Below are positions 22,957 to 33,155 of a stretch of 64,000 bases of DNA, in pieces. Numbering within the stretch: the first letter of the stretch is position 1; each line of letters begins with the position of its first letter. The notes beneath the pieces are model-generated. The model did no database searches. It saw nothing but the letters and a program-made list of their open reading frames with translations, and had not been told where the DNA came from. A program made the translations under genes and the position numbers. Where the stretch lies: NCBI GenBank assembly GCA_004431415.1, contig QPMI01000024.1, positions 1 to 64,000 of the forward strand. Reading direction: 5' to 3'. Origin of the DNA: Cyanophora paradoxa CCMP329. Lineage: Eukaryota; Plantae; Glaucophyta.

Positions 22957-24977
22957 TCAGACCGCCGAGATCACTATGCGACCGTGGCCGCCATCGCTGA
23001 ACGTTGACCCACCATTCCCACCCCTGCCAATGCCAGCAACGTAGTGGGGACTGTCGCTGTTTCCTGCCGTTTGCCCTGACCCGGGGTAGGTCGTAGCGTT
23101 CGTCAAGTTGCCAATGTAGCTCGAGCCGCCGCCACCTCCAAACATTCTTGCTAACGGGGCCTCAGGCACTCCGCTCTTGCTGGACCCAGAACCCCCACCG
23201 AAGTAACCGCCGCCGCCCCCAGCGCCCCACCTCCAGCCGTTTGGATCAGGGCCGGGCTCACCACCTTGGCGTAAAGTTCCTGGGTTGCTGGGCCTGGCCC
23301 CTGTTGCTACAACACCGGCTCCACCAGAGGATTGAGTGCCTCCTTGAGCTGGCACCTCACTGGCTAAGCCAACCGGTTCAGCAGAACCACCGGTCAGCCC
23401 CCCGCCTACTCCTCCGCCTCCGGATGAATCGCATGTACCCCCACCCCCACCCCCGGCAACGACCAAATCGGTCCCAGAAATGCGCTGGATCGCAGAACGC
23501 CCACCACCGGCACCGTTTTTGTATTCCGGGTCGATGCTATGACTCCAGCCCCTTCCGCCCCCTCCGTAGACAGTAGCAGTGGCAGTCCCCGATACACCTT
23601 TCGGACCACCGCATCCAACGACAAGGATGAGCGTTTCCCCCGAGGACACGGCCAGTGTACCAACGACACAAGCACCCGCGCCCCCGCGGACCCCCGAACC
23701 AGCACGCTCTCCGCCTCCACCCCCGGCTGCCCACATGATGACACGAATGGCCATAGTCCCTGTCGGTACGACCCAGGTCTGGGGAGCTCCGGTGTAGGAG
23801 AATGTAGCCAGAACAGGAGCGGTTGCAGTAGTTGCGCTTGTTGACGACGATGGGGGGCCTTCCTCGCCAATCTGATTGACACCCTTGACGATGTAAGTGT
23901 AAGTGGTTTCATAGGCTGTTGTTGTATCCGAATACGGGCTGCTGGTGTCGTTCGCAAGGAAAACGCCGTCCCTGTAGATGTTGTAGGAGACGGTGACGCC
24001 CATCGCCGGCGCGGACCACGCAAGCACCACAGGCTGGGCTGCCCCGCCGTTGGAGTTGCAGTGAGCCCGGTGGGCGCCCCCGGGTCCGTTGTGACGTAGA
24101 CTGTAATGCCCTTCGGCCCCTCGCCCCCCGAGTTCGTCGCGGAGACCTGGAACTCGTACCCCGTACCCCAGATCGTGGTCGCGTCGCTGTAGGAGTTGGT
24201 CGCGGAGGTTGCGAGGTAGGCCCCGCCCCTGTAGATCTTGTACCCCGTCGCTCCCATGGACGCCGTCCAGGTGAGGCTCACAGGCTGCTGCTGGTCGTTG
24301 GGCGCGCTCGCAATCACGTTCGTGGGCGCGTTCGGTACCGTCCAGGCCAATATCGGGTCGGACTTTTCGTACTCGATGCCGCCCACAACGGGTGCTACCT
24401 GGTAGGAGTACTGCGTGCCGCGCACCAGGGAGTTGCTGTCGTCCGTGTACGAGGTCGATAGCGCATTGTTTGCGATGCCGTTAAATGCACCATCCCTGTA
24501 AATGCGAATCTCGTCGACGGGGTCCACGAAGGCCTCCCAGTTGATGGTGACAACCACAGTGGGGAGGGGTACGGACTGCGATGTGGGGCCTCCCCCCGCA
24601 ATGAAATCGCCGTAGGTTTGGGAGGTGGAGGATGTGAGCGACGTGGGCATCATGATACTGACAATGGGGCACCGCGATCTTCATATGTCCCCCCGAGTCG
24701 GTCAGATCCGGTAGGAGAAGACCGTGTAGAGGTAGAGGCGACCAGGGAGTAGGTTGGAGTTCGTGAATGGTGAAGTGACATTACTGAAAATGATAGGGGT
24801 GCCCGTTATACTTCCAACCGTGCGACTCACACCATAGCCTTCCGCTTCAGCGGCAGGGGACCACACAATCAAAGCCGCAAACTGACCAGGCACGCGCGTA
24901 ACCGACACGTTCTGTGGGGGTCCAAGGGGACGTGGCCCTCTCCGCCTCATCAACACAATGCGCTTCACCCTCCTCAT
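22957..24977 (-). CDS. Fibronectin type III repeat + glycine-rich (ALK/LTK-like) virion protein, split by 1-bp indels
   Basis: About 4 FN3 units (LxW...GYxIYRxG...YxD...YxYxV) then FSYTGAPQTWVVP...AAGGGGG Gly-rich domain. One restored G at ~24043 joins 24653 to 22957; the 24977-24702 FN3 piece probably belongs to the same gene. Confidence 0.8.
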
Positions 24978-25014
24978 TTCCCCCAAGTCCGAAAAAATAT
25001 CTGCCCCGGTGTAA

Positions 25015-25695
25015 ATGACTTCCAACTGGTACCAGACCCTCAAAGGTGATCTGGATGTTGGTACCAACGCCAAGGATTTCGCACGCATCTCCTCTGGCAG
25101 CTACGTGGACGTCTTCCTGCAGAATCCCGTCGTGATTCAGGTCGTTCAGAACGCCTACGCCACGCCCAAGATCTACTCCTACCAGCTCTTCTTCGACCCT
25201 TCCAGCCTCAGCGCAGAGGTCATTGAGCTGCTGCACGAATCCGGCCTCGTGAAAAAGGTGGCGCCTGCCACGGCCACGGCCAACGTCTTGCGCTGTCTCG
25301 AGGTAAAGTTCAGGGAGACGGGGTACGGCCCCACCGTGAACCAGTACACCAGTACCGATCTGCCGGGTACGGGTGCGTACACGGCGCGGGGTACGCTCAA
25401 GGGCGACGTACTCTTCACAAAATTCAATCCAAGTCCCGCCACCCTGGGGGCCCTCTACACGGGCGGCAACCCGCGCGAATCGAATCTGCCCCGCTTCCCC
25501 TTCACCTTTTTCAAGTTCCAGGTCTTCCCCCTTCCCTACGCCGCCGACCAGCCCCACTTCAGCACGGGCGCCAGCCTCTGCGCGGAGCTGCGCGAGTGCT
25601 CGATTTCCTACAGGCACACCACGGGCTCCGACGCCGTGCAGCCCGCGGCCCGCATCTCGGGCATCGGCAACGACATCGCCCTCCTCTACGGATAA
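25015..25695 (+). CDS. Beta-rich hypothetical virion protein, paralog 1
   Basis: 226-aa intron-less ORF; aligns by eye along its length with 25719-26519 (QNPV, SGLxKK, LExKF, NPR...PR..FT.F.F..F, L.AEL.E). Confidence 0.75.
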   Translation: MTSNWYQTLKGDLDVGTNAKDFARISSGSYVDVFLQNPVVIQVVQNAYATPKIYSYQLFFDPSSLSAEVIELLHESGLVKKVAPATATANVLRCLEVKFRETGYGPTVNQYTSTDLPGTGAYTARGTLKGDVLFTKFNPSPATLGALYTGGNPRESNLPRFPFTFFKFQVFPLPYAADQPHFSTGASLCAELRECSISYRHTTGSDAVQPAARISGIGNDIALLYG

Positions 25696-25718
25696 TCTTT
25701 CTCATTTGAGGTCGCAAA

Positions 25719-26519
25719 ATGCCTGCTACTTCGAGCACCATCGTGAAAACCGTGGCTGCTTCCTCGATCGTCCCCGATTTCTACGGCAACGCCACATACG
25801 CGGCCAACGCAGGGACCGACAAGGTTGAGTGGGACGGAAGCTATGCCACCACGCTGACCGTGAAGGTCCAGAATCCCGTCATGCTGCGTGTCACCTCCAA
25901 CGATTTCGAGAACCCCGCCTCCTGCTCCGTGTACGTGTACTTTGACATCGACTCGGGCGTGAGCGCGGACGAGGCCGAGGCCCTCTGGCTCTCCGGCCTC
26001 CTGAAAAAGATAGAGCCCTCCGTCCCCGACAGGCCCGCGATCCGCGTGCTTGAGCTGAAGTTCACCGCCAATACTGCCCTCACCCGCACCTTTAACGGAG
26101 GCTCCAAGACCCACATAGACGGCGCCGCCATCGATGCCACTCACAAGACCACGCAGGCCGTCCCCTTCGAGATGTACAACCTCTGGAAGATGACGGCAAA
26201 GGAGATGATGACGAATGCCACCACGGCCGGAGCATCGGGTACCGATTTTTCCTACGGCTCCTCGAATCCCCGTACCCAGGTCTGGCCCCGGCTCCTCTTC
26301 ACGAAATTCACTTTCCGTCTGTTCAACAACATCGCCGGAATGCCCACATCAGGGATGGTCGTGGGCTCTACCCTCATGGCCGAACTAATCGAGGCAGAGG
26401 CGGACTACACGACTGCGACTACCAACTCGACAGCGCCAGGCGCCGGGGCCGAAGTCTACGTATCCTGGGCCACGATCGGTCGCGAGTACGACACTAAGAT
26501 TCACACCACTAGCGTCTAG
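25719..26519 (+). CDS. Beta-rich hypothetical virion protein, paralog 2
   Basis: 266-aa ORF with its own AAAATG start; paralogous to the preceding gene. Confidence 0.75.
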   Translation: MPATSSTIVKTVAASSIVPDFYGNATYAANAGTDKVEWDGSYATTLTVKVQNPVMLRVTSNDFENPASCSVYVYFDIDSGVSADEAEALWLSGLLKKIEPSVPDRPAIRVLELKFTANTALTRTFNGGSKTHIDGAAIDATHKTTQAVPFEMYNLWKMTAKEMMTNATTAGASGTDFSYGSSNPRTQVWPRLLFTKFTFRLFNNIAGMPTSGMVVGSTLMAELIEAEADYTTATTNSTAPGAGAEVYVSWATIGREYDTKIHTTSV

Positions 26520-26874
26520 ACTGGCTAAGCTGCATTAGTGCCTGCGCCGCCTCCATCATCTCCCGAATCTCCTCGCTCTTCTCCTGTAAATTGGCGTACC
26601 CCCTCCTCTTCTTGCGAATCTCCGACATTGATGCCCAGCGCAGGTTCTCCCTCCTGTAGTCCAGCGGGTTGCCGTTGATGTGTTCCACGTAGCGTCCACG
26701 TGGCGACTTCCCGAGGATCAGTTGGGAGAGGTAGTGCTTGCGCCCTCCGAATGTCTTGCTCACCCTGTCCCTGTCCACTCGCCAGGGAAACTCCAAGGCA
26801 CTCGGGGGTACGTCCGAGTTGACCAGGACGTTGTAGGCGACGTCTTGTGAGTCGGTGCACCGGAGCAGGGCCAT
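26509..26874 (-). CDS. HNH endonuclease-like protein (HNH_3 type), degenerate active site
   Basis: YLSQLILG...VEHINGNPLDYRRENLRWASMSEI versus the usual VDHINGNxLDNRxxNLRxxTxxEN. Confidence 0.85.
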   Translation of the reverse strand: MALLRCTDSQDVAYNVLVNSDVPPSALEFPWRVDRDRVSKTFGGRKHYLSQLILGKSPRGRYVEHINGNPLDYRRENLRWASMSEIRKKRRGYANLQEKSEEIREMMEAAQALMQLSQSRR

Positions 26875-26898
26875 TTTGCCCTAGGTTCAGAAAAACCT

Positions 26899-26943
26899 GG
26901 GACTTGGGACTTGGGACTTGGGACTTGGGACTTGGGACTTGGG
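26899..26943 (+). repeat. (GGGACTT)6 GGG array 1
   Basis: Perfect heptamer tandem followed by AAGAGTT. Confidence 0.97.
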
Positions 26944-27370
26944 AAGAGTTGAAACCCAGGTCCCGGCCCAGACTTTCTCCAGGATCAGAAATTTGTCAGA
27001 CAAGTCAGGTGAGTTTTTCTACCGACTTTTTTACTCCTACCACCCCTCATACTCTTTTTTACTCGTAGTCTTTTTTACTCGTATCCCATCTCGTACCCTC
27101 CTTCTCTCGACATCTCACACGAAAACTCCTACCCCTCTTCACATCCGTTTTCGGTTGCATACTCTCGTGAGCTTTCATGTCCAGTATCATGCTACAAGTC
27201 GTACACCAGTTCAGACTTTACCTCGCTTGAAATCTCACCTGGAATGTCACCAGAAACGTCATATGCAGATTTCTGTACCCCTCTACATGTCTGCCCGGTG
27301 GTTAGGGACTTGGCGCGGCAAACTCTCAGATCCAGAGAGATTCTGGCCCCAGACCCTGAGTCTAACTCTT

Positions 27371-27401
27371 CCCAAGTCCCAAGTCCCAAGTCCCAAGTCC
27401 C
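27371..27401 (-). repeat. (GGGACTT)4 GGG array 2, inverted relative to array 1
   Basis: CCC(AAGTCCC)4 preceded by AACTCTT. Confidence 0.97.
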
Positions 27402-27475
27402 AGGATCGCGCCAAGTCATAACTGAATAGTCGGCCAATTTTTACAAGTATGTACAATGGAATGACGCAATACTAT

Positions 27476-28520
27476 TTACAGCATCTCAAAGTCAGAGTCA
27501 TCGTCATCGGAAACCAAGTCAATCGGGGCCTCGGGCGCCGACTTAAGGGGAATGCGGGGAAGGGCCTGCGCTGCCTGCACTAAGTCCTGCCGCTCCTGCT
27601 CGCGCTGCGCCGCCAAGGCCGCTGCCGCCTCTGCCTCGCGCTGCCGCTGTGCCTCGATGCGCGCCTTGAGCTCGGCTGCCTCCTTCTGCTTGCGCTCGGC
27701 AATCTTGGCCAACGTCATCTCGCGACGAAGAAGGCGCTCGTGACGCAACTTGCGCCGGAGTTCGGCCATTTCGCGCTTGGCGATGATGCGCTTCTCAATG
27801 GTCTTGACGTGCTGAGTCAGGCGCTCGGTGTAGTGTGACGTCACACGAGAACGGGCAATGCCAGCGCCGAGCTTCAAGTCCTTGGCGTTTTCCTTGGCGG
27901 GGTCCTTGACGCGCTCGGAGTTGTCGGTGAATGACGTAGTCTCCATGAACTTCTTCTTGACGATTGACTTGGTCTTGATAATGCGGCGCTTGCGAGTCGG
28001 GTTTTCGTTGTCGCCTTCAGAGTCAGAAGACGACTCAGAGTCGTATGGAATCGGCACGTCAAAGTCGATGAAGTCGTTGATGTCAGACTCGACGTCAGAG
28101 GCCTCGGACTTGGCGTCATCGGCGGGCTCGGGGGCGGGCTCGGCGACGGGCTGAGGGGCAGATGACGACGATGACGGAGGGGGGAAATTCGTGAAGACTT
28201 GAGGGGGATAGGCCCAGGCGAGCGTCTCGGCGGCAGACTCTGCGAAAAGCTTGGGGTCGCCCCAGCCAGTGGGAGTCTTGACCCAGCCGGGGACGGGGGG
28301 CACGTCGACGGGGGGCTCGGGCTTGGGCTCGGGCTTGGGTTGCTTGGACTTGGGCAGGATGGCGGGTACAAAGTTCAACTGGAGACTGCGGTTGTAGGTT
28401 TGGTAGAGGTACCCCAGCTTGCGGGCACGCTTCTCCATGGCAGGGGTAGGCCAAAGCCCGGACTTGTGCAGATCGCAGGCCTTGGCAAAGTCCTCGACAA
28501 GCTCAGAGGGAATCGACATC
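27476..28520 (-). CDS. Pro-rich/acidic/coiled-coil protein ending in a SUMO-interacting-like motif
   Basis: ATG at 28520 (MSIPSELV) directly after a branch point/polypyrimidine/GCAG acceptor; basic TRKRR patch; C-terminal PIDLVSDDDDSD. Confidence 0.7.
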
Positions 28521-28858
28521 TGCGCAAAGGGAAAAGAGATCAGCGAAGGCAAAACGTGAGGTGACTGAGAGCGCGGACTTGTGAAAATTCGGAGAGGCAG
28601 GGTTTCCTTGGGCTGAGAGAAGGCGGCGAACCCGTTTCAAGAGTGAGCCAAAATGGCGGCGGACCACGGTTTTGTGGGCGAATTTTTTCCCGGGCTAGTT
28701 TGCAGCAGAAACGTTGCGAACTGGCCTGAAAAAAGCCAAATTTAGCGTTGGACCGAAGGCAGAAAAAGGGAGCCGGCCTGACGGAAATCGCCCGAGTGCG
28801 TCCGCCGAAGGTCGAGTCTCGGGCCGGGGGTACACCCTCAGGGGCCCCCCCTGGCCCC

Positions 28859-29327
28859 TCACCCTGGTAGTACCCTCTCAAAGGGATTTTCGAAGCCGTA
28901 CAATTCTTGGTAAGTCTCGTAATCCGGGCTGTACCCCTCACAATCTGCGGGAGCCCCATTGAAAGCCTCCGTCTATCCTCTCTCAATTCCCTGCGGAAAA
29001 GTCTACGGTCTTCTCGAGCTTCGCGCGTCACGCCAGCTGGGCGTGGTCTATGATTGTTAGGGTTGTCGTAGCCTGGCCCCACCAGCCTCACGAAATTTTC
29101 GCGTATGGCCTCGGGGAGACTCTGGAAACGGTTCGTTGCGTGGAACTCAATCCATTCATTGAATCGACGCGGATATTGACGGATGACTTCAAGCACGCCC
29201 TGTGTGTTGGGCTCTGGTGTTATGTCGGGAATGTCATGTCCTGTGAGGTGCCAACGCCAGAACTCGCGCAGCCTCTCGAATGCCATATGCAACTCAAAGG
29301 GAAATCGTAATAGAGATTGCCTGACAT
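28859..29327 (-). CDS. Hypothetical ~156-aa protein (two 1-bp C-run deletions restored)
   Basis: AAAAATG start: MSGNLYYDFPFELHMAFERLREFW...ELREDRRRLSMGLPADCEGYSPDYETYQELYGFENPFERVLPG*. Confidence 0.55.
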
Positions 29328-29383
29328 TTTTCTCCCCTCCGAAAATTTCCCCGTTTTGAGTCCAGACTCTGATTCCAACTCTT

Positions 29384-29449
29384 CCCAAGTCCCAAGTCCC
29401 AAGTCCCAAGTCCCAAGTCCCAAGTCCCAAGTCCCAAGTCCCAAGTCCC
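29384..29449 (-). repeat. (GGGACTT)9 GGG array 3
   Basis: CCC(AAGTCCC)9 preceded by AACTCTT, about 56 bp upstream of the 29327 ATG. Confidence 0.97.
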
Positions 29450-30101
29450 AGTTTTCTCCCATTTTGACTCGAGATTCTGCCCAAGTCCAAATCCGGGCCC
29501 GGGATTCGAACCCTCGTTTTGGGTCGATTTCACGCGTGAAAAACGCACTTTTCGGCCTTTTCCGATTTTTCCTTTCTCGCGATCGCAGAAATGCCCCCGA
29601 TCTCGAAATCGCGATCGAAAAGGGTCGCGATCGGGAGAAAGTCGCGATCACCAGGGTCGCGATCGGCTCGTGATCGCCGCGATCGCCAGCCTCGGAAGGG
29701 GTACCCCCACAGCTGTTGCGGCGGTTATAAGAACCTCCGCAATCCAAGCGTCACTTCCGAGTCTCGAGCTCTCGGAGTTGACTTTTCGCGTTTGGCCCAT
29801 TGATGGCCCTCCTATATATTGAATATATATTTCCCGCCTGCTAAAGCCGGGAATTCGTAGGGGTAGTCCCGTCTCCGCCATCAATAAAAGCCCTGTCAAG
29901 AGTCAAGACTGATCGACCTACTAAAGTTTTACCAGCTTAAGCTTCTAGCGCTAAACTGGCATTTTTGGCGAAGTACTAGCTAATTACTTTCCTGTACTAA
30001 ATTAACTGGTTCTCCAGTATATAATAAAAATCTGGCGCATTAATTAAGTGTTTTACCGTTCTGAGCTCGACTCGGCGAGACTTGTGAGTAAGTTGTGACT
30101 G

Positions 30102-30189
30102 AGGCCGAAAACCGGATACGCTAGAGACGGAACTTTCTCAAGTCCCTCCGGTATCCGGTCGGTATCGGCCGGTATCCGGTTTTCGGCCT
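30102..30189. mobile_element. Tiny foldback/MITE-like element with 18-bp perfect inverted repeats
   Basis: AGGCCGAAAACCGGATAC (30102-30119) and GTATCCGGTTTTCGGCCT (30172-30189); no convincing long TSD. Confidence 0.6.
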
Positions 30190-30259
30190 GACTCATGATC
30201 AGCTCATGATCAGATCATCGGATTCAGCTGCAGTGAGTCCAGTGCCAGTGACTGCCAGT

Positions 30260-30737
30260 TAGTGCTGTCGTCAGTCAGTCCCCCGGCTGACCCAGTCCGT
30301 CAGCCCCCCTGACTGTGACTGAATCAGTCAACCCGAGGTTCAGTCAGGCTACCGTGCAAAAGCCGGGAAAAATGACCAGGAAATTGGCAGGAATTGACCC
30401 AAGCGCGATCTATCTACTTCATTCAAGTTGCCAAGCATCAGGCCAGGCACGTTATGCGAGCAGAGAGGACGAGAAAAGGAGATTCGGCCCCCGCCAGGCG
30501 CACGTCAGACTCCATTAGCCTCTTACCATGCACATGGGCGGTCTTTTGAAGATTTCGACGACAGAAGATCATTTTTTGGTCGACCCACGTCAGCTTTAGA
30601 TGGAAAAAGCCCGCAGGGGGGCACGCTCCCAGCAGGGTGTTGTATGGGACTGAGAAAACGTCAGTCAGCCAAAAGCTGACCCAGTGAGGTCAGTCAGACC
30701 CTCTGACTGTGACTGTCAGTGACTGACGACAGCCCTA
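30260..30737. mobile_element. Non-autonomous hAT-type MITE (478 bp)
   Basis: 18-bp TIR TAG(T/G)GCTGTCGTCAGTCA with 1 mismatch, perfect 8-bp TSD CTGCCAGT (30252-30259, 30738-30745), subterminal CTGAC/GTCAG repeats. Confidence 0.9.
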
Positions 30738-30818
30738 CTGCCAGTGAGTTTGCTCACCGTACTTACTAAATTATCTTCATCATATATATGCATATATATG
30801 GATTGCAACTGGCAAATT

Positions 30819-32478
30819 CTATCTTTTTGCATGCCCCTCCCGCCTCTACGTCCCCGGTCTCTTTGCGTCTGCATCCACTTTCCCGGATCCGCTTGCAGGC
30901 CCCCTCGCCTCCAGAGCTCGCCATCACTTCGGCCTCCCTCGCCTCCGCTCTCGATTCTCCATACCCTTCGAATAGCCGCCTCCTCTCTCCTCCTCCGCCC
31001 TCCCTCCCCCCTCGAGCTCCGGGTCCTCGGCCTCTGCCCCGCTTCCGAGTGTTGGCGAGACTGTCCTCTTTTCGATCTCCCCGTCATTCCGGCTCCCTGC
31101 TCCCCTTCGGCGCCTCGGGTCCCATCTGCGGGTCCTATCCCGCTTCCTGGCGCTCGTGAGATTCGCCGCCGGCGCCCTCGTCGGGCCCTTGCGCCCTCGA
31201 GCTCGTCTCTCTCTGCACCGCCCATGGCCATGACCTCCGTGTCATCTGATCCGGCGCCACCCGACCTTTCTCCTGCTTTGCTGCCCTCTCTTCGGCGCCG
31301 GCAGCGATCCCCGTCACCTGCTCGTGGCCTTCCCTGCCTCCGACCCTTCCTCGGCCCCCTCCTCGCCTCTTCCGTCTCGTCGGCCCCCGCCGCATTCCCG
31401 TCGGCGGATCTCTCGATCGACCCTGGACTCTCCGCCTGCCACTGTCTGCGGGGTACCTCCGCCGCCGTGTTTGGCGCCGGCTGTCAGTACTTTGCTCGGT
31501 AGCTCCCCCGTCGTGGCTCCTCGGGGGCCTCTTCGTCGTCGTCGTTCGCTGGGTTCCGGCTCCGGGTCAGATTTCTCGCCGGGCTTACCTTCTCCTGGCT
31601 CTGCTCCTGGGCCCTCAGCTCCGGGACCGGCTTCCCCGATCTCCTTCCGGACTCGTGGTCGTACCCGTCGCCGGCTTGCCGAGCCTGCGGCTCCTTCTAC
31701 TTCCCCCGGCGGTTTGCCGGGCCGGACCCTCCGGCCTTTGTTCTTGATACCGGACTACCGCCTTTGTCCTTGTCTTCTGCTTCGCTGGTCGCGATCGTAT
31801 CCCGCCGGCGCCGGCGTACTTCTTCGTCTTCTAGTTTAGTTCGGTCTGGTTCGGATTCTGATCGTAGTGTTGATGCTAGAGTTAGTTTCAATACTAGCTA
31901 TAGTCCTCGTGCTCGACCTGTTGTTCGCCGTCGTTTGCAGTTCGATTGCCCGCCTCGACCCGGCCGGCTTTAGTGATTCCTTTGACTGTTCTTTTGCCTG
32001 CTCTTGATCCGCCTGCTCCGCCTCCTGTGTCCTCCTCGACCTCGTGCCGTAGCTCTGCCCTTTCGCATCGTCCTGCTTCGCCTCCGCCTCCATGTCGTCT
32101 TGTTGTTCCTCTTACTTGTCTTCTTCCTGTTATTTATCTTTCTCAATTTTGTCCCCGCTTCTTAGTGATGTAATTCCTTCTGATATTGATGGTATCTCTA
32201 GCTCTGGCTCTTCTTCGTGTCAGTTATCCTCTAGCTCTGGCTCTTCTTCGTGTCAGTTATCCTCTGTCCCTAGATCTGCTCGATTTATCGTCTCTTCTCG
32301 CAATCGATCTGTCTCGAGCTCTGTGTCTTTCCTTTTTTATTGTCGATTTTGGCTCTTTGTCTTATCTTTCTTCGTGCTCTTGTCTTAGTTATTTTGCTTT
32401 TTTGTCTCTATGCCCCCTGGGCAGCCCCCGCAGTGCTGGTGTCTAGAGACTGTGGCCGGTAATTCACCAAAAAAAAAA
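30819..32478 (+). mobile_element. 5'-truncated LINE copy (3' ~1.66 kb)
   Basis: Near-identical to ~54530-56199; ends GGTAATTCACC-poly(A). Confidence 0.93.
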
Positions 32479-33155
32479 TTTGATCATCGGATCATGGTCC
32501 ATGGATTCATGGTCGAATCGACTCGGCGATAATATAACTGACTCGAGCTCAGTCGACGTCTGACTGTTAAAGTGAGCAACTCGCGTCGTCTCGCGATCGA
32601 AATTCATCGAATTCGAAGTTGAGCTCACTGGCTCAGATTTTCAATCAAGACTCAAGAGTCTCTCGAGTCTCACAAAAAATCAACAAAAAGGTGTCCAATA
32701 AATTAATGTGTGATTTTCTCTTTTTTCTGTACGTAATTTTATAAACTGAAATCGAACTTTTAATAGAAAGCACGAATTTGTTTAAAAAGAACTACTTCAA
32801 GAATTGATTTGTAGATTCATTTACAAATGATGAATGCTCGACGGATGAATTCGTTTACCGAACAAAATAACCGTTTGGCAAGCCTTTTTGTGAACTTGCG
32901 AAGAACACGCGAACCGATTTGCATTCGCGATTGAATTGTGACTCAATTTGTGAGCCGTCGATAGCTACCGGTATAGCCTCAGAGGCTCAGACTGACAGTC
33001 ATGATCAGTGACAGACTCTCGAGCTCACTGAGTCAGCGGCAACCTGAGCCAGCCTGAGTCGGGACTCCGGGAAATATTTAGTATACTAGTACTGTATATT
33101 TATACTATGATATACGATAGTACCAAAGTTTTGAGGCCCGCCTTAGGCCGCCTAC

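Larger units (their letters stand above)
20790..29950. mobile_element. Endogenous dsDNA virus-like segment (Polinton-like virus/virophage/NCLDV-type structural module; partial)
   Basis: Dense genes lacking coding introns, intergenic gaps often <40 bp, starts preceded by A-runs (AAATG), tail-fibre, S74, Gly-rich and HNH domains; sharp contrast with intron-rich flanks. Boundaries approximate. Confidence 0.75.

Noticed and set aside
21215-24720. Programmed frameshifting or TGA readthrough in viral genes
   Set aside because: Breaks coincide with G/C runs one base short, as in the LINE and duplicated host gene; sequencing error is likelier.
26899-27401. Chromosome end-to-end telomere fusion
   Set aside because: Arrays are short, separated by unique DNA, share a specific flank and sit among viral genes; host telomere motif unknown here.
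26847-29747. ORFs with WDLGLGT / SQVPSPK repeats
   Set aside because: Translations of the non-coding GGGACTT arrays, not credible proteins.
20790-29950. Bacterial prophage or contaminant
   Set aside because: No Shine-Dalgarno pattern noticed, A-rich eukaryote-virus-style starts, one spliceosomal-type intron signal, and no terminase or portal.
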